DNA of 43,939 nt from Chiloscyllium plagiosum (Eukaryota): the NCBI RefSeq assembly GCF_004010195.1, contig NC_057719.1, forward strand, positions 81,285,564 to 81,329,502, written 5' to 3'. Both the position numbers and the translations under genes were made by a program. The notes under the pieces are model-generated. The model had not been told where the DNA came from. It worked only from the letters and a program-made list of their open reading frames with translations, and ran no database searches. Positions 33,906 to 43,939 of the stretch are shown here, one piece after another (within the stretch, counting starts at the first letter, position 1; every line of letters starts with the position of its first letter).

Positions 33906-35189
33906 TTAAGGAATTACATTTGTTAAGTGAAAGACAATTCAACTAGAACAAAAGTTGTAACTGTGTGTACCAATAATATTTGGTTACAAGACCAAATGTC
34001 ACCTTGGTGCAATATCTAAGACATTTGGTCTTTGCATTCCTGAACTGAACATATGACCTCCAAAAATATAACAATAGCATTTATCAGTAGATTGACTAAT
34101 CAGCAATTCAGATCAATATTTACTTTCAAACAAATCATTGCTCTATCTTTTGCCTTCAACGCAGTACATTGATTCTACGGCACAACAGAAAACATGGAAC
34201 CCTAGTTCTGGAAGTTTAACATGCACTGACCAAATTAAAAGTCACTTGCTGTAAACCTCCCCAACTGATTTTCTGGTCATTAATAGGTAGCAATATAGAA
34301 TCTTTCTTAAAGTGCAGGAGGCTATTTGGTCCTTCCTGTCTGTGCTAGCTTTTAAGAGCCACCCAAATAGCCATATATCCTCTTGCTATATTATGTTCTC
34401 ATTGCTGTAAATCTTCATTTCAGAGTACACAGTTGTATCATTGTGGGAAACAAACCTATTAATATAATCTGTTTTTAAAAATACATTTAAAAATTAATTT
34501 TATAAAGTAATTGAACTCTCCTCAAAGTAAGCAAACAGCATTTTGATTTACAGCAATCATTTACTTGTCAGCGAATAAGTATTCCCAATGCTGGCAAGTT
34601 TGAAATCCTGCATCTGTAACAGCAATCAATTGTTTTTTTTTCACCATGGACTGCTATGACTGGAGATCAGAATGATTCAACTCCAAGAATTGGGACTGTT
34701 TTATCACCAATTCCCAACACAAAACCAAAATCACCCTCACCACCCAATGACACATAGATAATGCAGATGGGGGTTTCTTTGGACACACTGGTCATACAAT
34801 AAAAATGGAATTAATGCTTCCACTAAGATCAAAGCTTGAATTGATTTTTGTAGATGCACCATTAGTTTTACTGAATGCTCAACAGAAATAAATCCATACT
34901 CGAGATGAAAGTGGAAAAGTAAAGCCAGCAGGCATCAACACCACCCCAGAATGAGTCTTCATTCAAAAATGGATTTATACTCTCTAACAAAGTAGTCACA
35001 TCTAGTCAAGAAATAAAATGCCAGACATACATAAGAATAGACAGGAGGAACAAACATATTTTTCTATTGATGTGCTCAGAATAATTTACAGCAAGGTGGC
35101 CTAACGCAATCAATGAAGTAAATCTGAAGTACATTCCACAAAATGATGAAATTGTGCATAGATATATGTCACAACCAGAAATGTAACAA

Positions 35190-35310
35190 ATAACAAATAA
35201 GCTCTCTTAGTGATGTTACCTGAGGGATAAAAATTGGCCAAGCCACTAGGGATCTCCTGTACTTCTTCAAAATATATTTCACTGGATTTTTAAGTTTGCC
35301 TGAGAAGATC
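35190..35310 (-). mobile_element. Deu-domain SINE fragment
   Basis: TTAGTGATGTTACCTGAGGGATAAAAATTGGCCAAG..CTTCTTCAAAATA. Confidence 0.6.
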
Positions 35311-38027
35311 TGAATTATTTATTTTAAATAAGAGCTCTTTTAATTTTCAGTTACAAATTCTTACTGCGTATGTCAAACAGAAAAATATTATCTTATTGAC
35401 TCACTTCATTAATTTGCACACATCAGGCTATAATCCAATTGTGGGATTCAAATCTTGTAGAATAATTGTATTGAAATTTTAAAAATCTGACCGTGAATGA
35501 CAGGCTGAAATTTAACCGAGACATTCAAACATTTTATACATAGAATAATGGATAATTAGGAGTCTTTTATAAGCTGACTCTAATCAAGTGATTTAGGCAT
35601 TTATTACTGAAAATTAGATATTTCAGATTGAGGCACAGTTTTGAACTATATTCTCTGAATGATTGATGGACTACCTGTCATGTTTAATTCACTGAACCTG
35701 TTATTTAATGATGTTGAAGGCTGTGAAAATAAATTTAAGCATACATGTTAGCTTTCAAAAGACTAAAAGAGAATAAAGGTGTCAAAATTAATATTTTGAC
35801 TATCTTATGTGGTTTAAATCTTTCATGTTAGGAATTTTTAGATTGAGTCAAGATGAGGTCACAACAATGCAGCTATGAACAGTGAGGTAAATAGAACAGA
35901 ATTGCTGTGCCAAATGGCTGATTTCAGTTTCAGTTTAAACTCTTAGGTAATTGAGCAGTCTGGAAAAAAAAGGTGAATTTCAATTTTTTACAATTATCTC
36001 AACATTGCATTCTAGTCACTCCAGCACAATTCTTCCAACTGGCTAATTTGTGTTGTTTTATACTAGGTGCAAAATTGAATTTAAGATTACAATTGACTTT
36101 ATTTTGACAATTAACTCACTTAAAGCATATTTGTTACACTGTTAAGGAGCTTCTCAATTTTCAACTGATGTGCAGATAACATCAACAGTGTTCTATTGTA
36201 CACTTTTTATTAAATATATCCAGGAGCATGACAGTTTATTTCACTATGCATTAAGTTTCCAAAATTTAGCTCTCAGTTGACAAGGCACTGAAGAGGTCTC
36301 TCAGCCCATCCAGTCTGCACCAACCTAGCTGTACAAAAGTCATTTTTCCAGCACTTGGTCGATATGCTCGAATGTTATGACATATTAAAATGCATCAAGA
36401 ACTGTACTGAGAATATCTTTGGCTTAGACAACACTGCTCCACTGCATCGGTGTGCAGTACTTTTAAAAAAACAACTAAGGGACAATATGGGAGAGACAGG
36501 TCGATCACCTGCCAACATAAACATTGAGTGAAAATCTAACATCCCTGCGACATGAGCCACACACTCATATGCTGAACACTCATTTTCAAAGCTAGGTGCC
36601 TTAACGTAGCAGGTAAATCATACACTTTATGACTTGATTGAGTAGGCACAAAGCAAATATTTCCTTAGACAGAGGAGAACAAGAGACCATCATAAAATTA
36701 AACCTTAGTACATTTTTTCCTTAATAAATGGCAGTAAAAATCTCTAACTTTTACCCTTTAGAAGCAGTTGATGCTGAAAGAATTTGCAGTTTTCAGGTTT
36801 AAGATTGATAGATTATGTTAAGTATGGGTACTTAGAATTATGGAGTTAAGTTGGTGAAATATGGTGTAGGTATAAATCATCCATAACCTTAGTGAATGGT
36901 TGAAATGGACTCTTCCCCTTCTCATAAGCCTAACTTCATCACTAGTCACTGTCTTTTGGGTTTTTTTTCCAATCTTTCTTTAAAATCTAATTTCTTGGCA
37001 GAGTACAGCATATGACAATTTTGTTGAAAACATCAGAGTTTATAGCAATGATGCACAGTATCAGAATGGAAAGGCAAAGTGAAGAGCATCTAAACACAAA
37101 CATACTAAATAAATGGTAAAGAAACTAATTGAAAGGCTGCACTCAGCATTAGGCATGGCATTAGCTTTTGAGCAATTCGTGTACTCAGCCATGATTCAGA
37201 CCGCAGCTGGCATACGACCTGGGGGACCAGATGGGGAAGTAGAGGAAAAGGCCAGTTTTACTCCTCCTGGTCTCTAAGCAACACACCATTCTTACTGGAA
37301 AGAGCATGGATGCTTGGCTCAGAGTCGGGACTCCCAGCTGAGTCATAAGTTTGCGGGTTCAATATTTGTTGGGTGGATTTCCAAGCAGATGTAGTGAAAT
37401 TTTTTCTCCTGTGTCTACTGTTTACAGATGTTACTATGAACACCAGTAACACAGTGGGAATGTGAGACTGGGATTTAGAATCAAAACTTTAAAGAAATTA
37501 ATAAAAAGAGACAATAAATTTATACTTTAATCATCATGCCCAAGGTATTCCTTCCTGCAGGCTTACTGTATAACCTATAACTACTGCACTATGGTGCTCT
37601 GTTGATATCAGCTAATTTCATTATTACTTACTGCTTTTACTTTTTAAAGAAAACTCACTTTGTTGGTCTTGCTACCAATGCAATGCTATATTTTACACCT
37701 TTACATGTCAGTGATCTTTAAACAAAAACTGGATAACGCAATCAATGTAAGCTTACACTGCTCATTGTTCAGATCCTCTGGATTTTTACAAACTGAATGC
37801 TTGCCATGCACCAATTCTCAAAACAGTAGGATACTGAACAATGCCATCTATTTTAAATGCATGTTCCACAACATTTCACTGTACACAGCTGCTCATTTGT
37901 GTCATTGTTTGTGTCACAATTCAGGATCTTGTTCTCACTGATTAACCGCACTGGATCTTGAGAAACCCAATCAATTTACAGTCTACAGTACAGTGTAATA
38001 TTTCAGTCAAACCAATCAACCATCACT

Positions 38028-38945
38028 TAGAATTACAGAATGATTAAAGCACAGGAGGCCATCCCACTGCTGTGCCTGTGCTGCCTCTCCGAAGGGGCAA
38101 ATTACTTAGCCCCACACCCTTGCCTATTCCCCAGAGCCCTGCAAATATTTCCTTTTCAGACAATAATCCTATTTCCCAAACTGACCTAACCCACACTACA
38201 AGTTCAGGCAGTGCTTTCCAAATCAAAACCTTTCTTGCATCAAGATAGCTTCTTCTGTTAGTTACCTTAAATCTGTGCTCCTGGTTATTGAGTCTTCCTT
38301 CAATGGGAACAGTTCTTTCCCAATTTACTCAGTCCGGATTCCTCTTGATTTTGAATACCTCTGTCCAGTCTCCATAACGTTCTCAGAACAGTTCCAATTT
38401 TGCTAATTTTTCTACACAGTTAAAGCTCTTCATCCCTGGAGATATTGTTAAAAATCTTTTCTGAATGCTCTCTAATACCTTCACAATCATCTGAAAGTGT
38501 AATGTCCACAACTAGACAGAATACACCTGTTGAGGCTGAACTGATATTTCACACAAATTTACCACAACTTATTTCCTCTTGCACTGTCTCTCTAAAGGTA
38601 AAGCTCAGAATTCCCTATACTTCATTAACCACTTCCTCAAATTGTCGTGTTACATACACACCCTCGTCCCTCTACATCTTTTTAAAAAATGTACCTTTTA
38701 CTTTAAATTGTCCTACTATATTTTTCCCACCTAAACTCAATCACTTCACACTTCCTTATATTCAATTTAACCTGCAATTTGTCTGTTCATTCTGTTTGCA
38801 GATCTAAATTCTCCTCTGCTTGGTTCACAATACTTTTAATTTTCACTGAGCCACAAATGTTGAAATCATGCCGTAAAACCAAGCTCGAAGCTATTAAAAT
38901 CAGGGGTTCTACAACAATTCCTGGATAATTCTGCTGTAAACTTTC
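38028..38945 (-). mobile_element. Old CR1 LINE 3' fragment
   Basis: TTAGAATTACAGAAT..AGCACAGGAGGCCAT tail; AGTTCAGGCAGTGCTTTCCAAAT encodes IWKALPEL on the minus strand; TTGATTTTGAATACCTCT encodes EVFKIK. Confidence 0.75.
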
Positions 38946-39127
38946 CTTCACTCCACTTTTTGGATCAGGAGTAACACATATTCAGATTGGGTAAAATCAG
39001 ATTTTATTCCCCCAAGGACATTAAGTGATTTGACAACTGATAACTTCATGACAACTGCTATTGATGCTAACAGATGAATAATTATACAACACAGTAGGTA
39101 GCTCAAATTACTTATTTCCAAAAAAAT

Positions 39128-39495
39128 TACTGCATTTACATAACTCTTTTACTGTAAGAAAATATTACCAAAAGCCTTCACAGACAAAAATGGATGCTAA
39201 ATTAAAAGAAGTGATATTAGGAAAGATGTCTAATGTTTTGGTTGAGGTGGGTTTTAAGAATGGTCTTAAGAGGATTTAGAAGACTTTCACAGTAAAGAGG
39301 AAACACCAAGGCTGAGGGCCACAATAAAAGGAAATCATGGCCTCCAAGGTTGGGGCAAAGTAATGGGTTTAGAAAGATTCCAAAGAACAGAAAAGTAAGT
39401 GAGTCTGAGAGGTGATATCTTCATGCAACTGAAAAATACTGAAGAGATATGGAGCGTCAAGTCTAGAAAAATTCGATTTTGAGAATGACTAGTTT
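39128..39495 (-). mobile_element. Decayed L2-type LINE 3' end
   Basis: TGCATTTACATAACTCTTT..CCAAAAGCCTTCACAG..AAGTGATATTAGGA..GGTGGGTTTTAAG is similar to 14365-14720. Confidence 0.5.
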
Positions 39496-39899
39496 AATGG
39501 TTAACATTTTCATTGAAGTCAGAATGCTCAAAACTTGAATTCTGCCGCATGTAATGGGGATTGGAACCAAATTCGGTTTTGACATGAAGTAAAAGCTTAA
39601 TGTCTTTTGAGTGTGAATAATTTACTTTAATTATACATGACATGGAAGTCCATTATACCTGGTAACAGCCTTAGAGGAAGCATTCACATTATTGCCTACC
39701 AAAGTAAACAGCTAGCAAACCCCTCCATTACTGTGTACTAGTCACCAAAGAAAAATTAATTTGGTTAATTATTTTGGTTTAACAGTCCTTTTGAAAGGAC
39801 CAATTTAGTTCCACAGGTTAATGAACCATGGAAATTTGCCATGATTCTATGGTATTGTTGATTATTGCTATGTTCATTAAGTAATGCTCAGTTTACATG

Positions 39900-41114
39900 C
39901 AATACTGTACATAATATGACCAAGTAGAGTCAGCATGGGTTCGTGAAGGAGTAATCCTCAACTGTGCCTCACAAATTTATTACAATACTTTGAGGTGGTT
40001 TAATAAAAACAATAGAAAAAGGGGAAGTGGGGATGTAACATATTTGGATTTCCAGAAAGCACTTAAAGTAGTACAGGTTAGGCTACTTAAAAAGGTAAGA
40101 GGCCATGGCATTGGAGGTAGTTTATTTGCATGAATAGAAAATTGGCTGATGGAAGTCAGAATTGGGATAATAGGTGTGGGTGTAGGTATGTGTCATTTTT
40201 AGGATGGCAATCCATAACCAATGAAGTGCCACAAAGATCAGTGTTGGGGCCTGATACAATTATTTACAATTGTATTGATGACTCGGATGACAGAAGTGAA
40301 TGTACTCAAGCAAAAGTTGTAGCCATAAGAAACAGGTGGGGAGGGAAACGGGGAGGAAGTAGAGTCTGCAGAAGGATGTCGACAGATTAAATGAATGGGA
40401 AAAAAACTTGCTATATGGATTATAATGTGGGAAAATGTCAGTTGACGCACTTTGGAGATGAAGAAATAAAGAAAAAAGGCTGCAAAAAGCTAACAAAGTT
40501 AGCATCCATGTTCAGCAGGTGTACTGGAAAGCAAAATTGAATGTTGGTCTTTATTTCCAAAGGAAATGAAGAGAAAAAGTAGGAAGGTCTCGCGAAAACT
40601 AAACAGGTACAGTCAGACTAAGGTTGCTATTCTGTGAATAGCTTTGATCCACTTATCTAAGGAGAGATATACTGGCATTGGTGGCAGACCAGACAAGGTT
40701 CACTGGGTTGGTCCTGGTGTGAAGACACAGTTTTATGAGATGAGGTTGAGCAGGTTGGACCTGTAATCAGTGGAGGTTTGAAGAATGTGGTGGCCCTATT
40801 AAAATATACAAGATTCTGAGGTGGCTTAACAAGATAGATGGGAAGAGTGTAGCACTACAGGAATTTATGTTAGAGTCACCCATTTAAGATCTAGGAGGAG
40901 AAATTCTTTACTGCAGAGGGCCTATCAAACCTATGTTATTATGTATATTTAAGGATGAGATAGGCTGATTTTCAAAGTAAGGAAATTAAGGGAATGGACA
41001 AAGTCACAAAAGTGGATTTGAGGATTATCAGATCAGCCATAATCTCATTGAATATTGGCACAGACTTGATAGACTGAATGACCTACCTCTGCTCCTCCAT
41101 CTTACGGTCTTATG
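39900..41114 (+). mobile_element. Old CR1 LINE fragment (RT to 3' end)
   Basis: SQHGFVK..CLTNLL, YLDFQKA, ITNEVPQRSVLGP; tail GACTGAATGACCTACCTCTGCTCC..TCTTACGGTCTTATG. Confidence 0.85.
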
Positions 41115-42097
41115 CCTGGTAAACTGGAGACCTGTGACTAGTGGAGTGCCATAGGAGTTGGCGCTGGGCCCATTACTGTTTGTTATCTATACCAACAATT
41201 TGGATGAGAATGTACAAGGCATGATTAGTAAGCCTGCAGATGGCATTAAAATAGGTGGTATCGTGAAGAGTGAGGAAGGTCATCAGAAATTGCAATAGAA
41301 TCTTGATCAGCTGGGGAAAGTGAGCCAAGAAATGGCAAATGGAATTTAATGTAAGGTCTTGCGTTTTGGAAAGTCAAATCAAGGCAGAAATTTCATGGTG
41401 AATGATAGGGCCTTAAGGATTGCAGTGGTGCACAAGGACCTTGGACTTTAGGTGCACGGTTCTCTCAAAGTGGAGTCACAGGTAGGCAGGACAGTGAAGG
41501 CAGCTTTTGGCACACTGGCCTTCGTCAATCAGGGCACTGAATATAGAAGTTGGGTAGTTATGTTGCAGTCGCACAGGACGTTGGTGAGGGCACACTTGGA
41601 GTAGTGCGTTCAGTTTTGGTCACCTTGCTATAGGAAGGATGTTATTAAACTGGAAAGAAATTTACAAGGACGTTGACAGGACTCAATGGTCTGAGTTACA
41701 GGGAGAGGTTAGACAAGCGAGGACTTTTTTCTTTAGAGTATAGGAGACTGCGGGGGGAATCTTATAGAAGTGCATAAGATCATGAAAGGCATGGATAGGG
41801 TGAATGCACTCAGTCATTTTCCCAGGGTTGGGAAATCAAGGACTAGAGGGCATCAGTTTAAGGTTAGAGGGGAAAGAATAAAAGGGAACTGGAGGCATAA
41901 CTGGAGGGTGGTACACATATGAAATGAGCTGCCAATGGAAGTGGTTGAGGTGGGTACATTTAAAAGGCATTTGAACAAATACATGCATAGGAAAGGTTTA
42001 GAAGGATATGGGTCAAGTGCAGGGAAGTGCGGTGGGCATGAATGGACATGTTGGGCCAAAGGGCCTGTCTCCATGCTGTAGGACTCTATGACTCTGT
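41115..42097 (+). mobile_element. CR1/HER1 LINE 3' fragment, head-to-tail after the previous copy
   Basis: WRPVTSGVP*ELALGPLLFVIYTNNLDE..RTLVRAHLE*CVQFWSPCYRKDVIKLE; tail CCATGCTGTAGGACTCTATGACTCT. Confidence 0.93.
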
Positions 42098-42114
42098 CTC
42101 TATGATAATTCCAC

Positions 42115-42270
42115 ATTTGGTGAGATGCTAAACCGAGGCCCCGGACCCATTATTAACATGAATATAAAGGATCTAATTTCAAAGAGAGGATATGAAGCTA
42201 TTCCAGATTCTTGGCCAGCAAGTGTCTACAATGAACATCACAAAGACACATTGTCTAATCACATCATTAC
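42115..42270 (+). mobile_element. Deu-domain SINE fragment
   Basis: TGAGATGCTAAACCGAGGCCCC (Deu core) followed by TCTTGGCCAGCA. Confidence 0.6.
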
Positions 42271-42391
42271 CCGCATTCATAATTTTAAACAAAGTGACAA
42301 TACAAATGTTGGTCTGATGCTGACACAACCAAAGCAGAAGGAAGGAATAAACAAAAGTATTAACATTGTCACCTGAACAGGCTCATAAATC

Positions 42392-42957
42392 TCAGAATTA
42401 CAGAAGTGATATGGCACAGAAGGACACCATTCAGCCCCTCTTCCCAATACCATCTTTCCAAATGAGCATCATAACAAGCAAGATCCTTCTGTCTTTTCCC
42501 CACATCTTGCCACATTATTTAAATAGAAACAATCAATCATTCAGTGCCTCAACTGAATCTTGTATGTCTCAATTGGAAATCCCTCTATCACACTTCCAGA
42601 CATGGCATTGCAGTGCCAGCCACTTCTTGTATGAAAATTTTTTTTTGTCTCATCACATTTACTTCTTTTGTAAATTGTTTTGAATCTGTGCTCTCTCATT
42701 CATGATCCTTATACAAGTGGGAACAACTTCTCATGTACAATATCTTGACCACTTATGATTTTGAAAACTTCTATCAGATCTTCCCTTTCCTTTTTTCAAG
42801 GAGAGGAGTCCCAACTTCTCCAATCTATCCGTATAACTGAAGCATCTCACCCTTGGAACCATTCTAAACCATTTCTACTCTCTCCAGTATTTACACATCC
42901 TTCCTATAGTATTGTGCACAGAACTGTGCACCATACTCCAATTCAGGTCTAACAAGT
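42392..42957 (-). mobile_element. Old CR1 LINE 3' fragment
   Basis: CCAGAACTGTGCACCATACTCCAATTCAGGTCTAAC-like segment encodes VRPELEYGAQF on the minus strand; TGATTTTGAAAACTTCTATCAGATC encodes DLIEVFKI. Confidence 0.8.
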
Positions 42958-43254
42958 ATCCCCTTATCCTATTAAGAGGATTAATAAAGCTGAATCAGGA
43001 CTGCCACCCATTGTCCTGTCCTTCCTTTTCTATCTTTTCTGAATACCTTCAGCCAGAAATATTTTGGCATCCATGATCTAGCAGACAAATAATTTGCAAA
43101 CATTACAGTTCCTGAAATTGTAAATTACCAGATAATTTCTTCCTGCTGGTATAAGTTTGAAAACAGACTTTAGCCAGGAAGAACAAATAGTATAATGAGA
43201 TTGTGGTGAATGAAATCTCCATTTAAAATATAATCCAAAGGACACCACACTCGA

Positions 43255-43550
43255 GTCATAGGAATACGAGTATAACGTTCAGCACTTCAAGATTGTTGTA
43301 GAATGGATCTTGGCCGAAGGGTATATTAAGTTCGTTTAGATATAAGGATATGAATCAATTTCAGTCTGAATAAATTGAGCATACACAGTCCTTTGGAATA
43401 ACAAATTCCAAAGCTTAACAACTCATTTTTCATCTCATCCTAATTGGTGGATTCTTATCTTAACACAATGACCTCTAATTCTATATCTCCAGCCAAGGGA
43501 AGCATCTACACAGTCAGGTCTCCCAAAAAACAAAATCTATTTCAATGAGC
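43255..43550 (-). mobile_element. Very old CR1 3' fragment
   Basis: CATAGGAATACGAGT tail; AATTCCAAAGCTTAACAAC..TTCATCTCATCCTAA..GACCTCTAATTCTA. Confidence 0.55.
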
Positions 43551-43594
43551 AGAATATTTTAGGGGCTCAAGTGATGTAGGCTATAATAAGATTT

Positions 43595-43939
43595 TGGATA
43601 AGTGGTGCTGGAAGAGCACAGCAGTTCTGGCAGCATCCGAGGAGCAGCAAAATCGACGTTTCAGGCAAAAGCCCTTCATCAGGAATAAAGGCAGAGAGCC
43701 TGAAGCATGGAGAGATAAGCTAGAGGAGGGTGGGGGGGGGAGAAAGTAGCATGGAGTACAATAGGTGAGTGGCGGAGGGGATGAAGGTGATAGGTCAGGG
43801 AGGAGGGTGGAGTGGATAGGTGGAAAAGAAGATAGGCAGGTAGGACAAGTCATGGGGACAGTGCTGAGCTGGAAGTTTGGAACTAGGGTGAGGTGGGGGA
43901 AGGGGAAATGAGGAAACTGTTGAAGTCCACATTGATGCC
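43595..43939 (-). mobile_element. Penelope-like element 3' region, continuing beyond the window end
   Basis: Minus strand starts GGCATCAATGTGGACTTCAACAGTTTC (GINVDFNSF, the PLE ORF end), followed by a C-rich UTR and CTGATGAAGGGCTTTTGCCTGAAACGTCGATT. Confidence 0.9.
43650..43686 (-). ncRNA. Minimal type I hammerhead ribozyme motif (PLE-associated)
   Basis: CUGAUGA, A, GGGC-UUUU-GCCU stem II, GAAA, CGUC (NUH = GUC), with palindromic ACGU in place of stem III. Confidence 0.7.

Noticed and set aside
37130..37450. Possible enhancer (TGAGTCA at 37339) or exon in a unique, GC-richer patch
   Set aside because: A single 7-mer is expected by chance in 44 kb; conservation or chromatin data would be needed.
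1..43939. A novel multi-gene system (defence locus, operon or domesticated RT)
   Set aside because: All recognisable coding sequence belongs to broken retroelements, with no intact ORF or sign of domestication.

Overview
This is AT-rich, repeat-dense vertebrate genomic DNA. The repeat set (HE1-type V-SINEs, HER1/CR1 LINEs, SacSINE1/Deu-domain SINEs, Penelope-like elements) points to a shark or other cartilaginous fish; that is an inference from recalled family consensus sequences, not a database hit. I could not identify any host protein-coding gene, so the window looks intronic or intergenic. It has three assembly gaps (3388-3571, 17231-17875, 20196-20206). The largest feature is a full-length but inactivated L1-clade LINE (about 18080-23840, + strand) with ORF1, an APE-RT ORF2, a poly(A) signal and a target-site duplication (TSD). 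It is surrounded by many CR1, L2, Rex1, RTE and Penelope fragments and by SINEs, several of them nested. The less ordinary observations are: a ~100-nt near-perfect hairpin inside a Deu-domain SINE (33603-33703); a 55-bp Penelope terminal fragment inserted into the L1 spacer with a perfect 14-bp TSD; minimal hammerhead-ribozyme motifs in the Penelope ends; two non-coding elements that share a Rex1-type 3' tail; a cluster of six short tRNA-headed repeats; and two local duplications (~590 bp at ~98% identity, ~300 bp older). I found no convincing new multi-gene system. Boundaries of old repeats are approximate.
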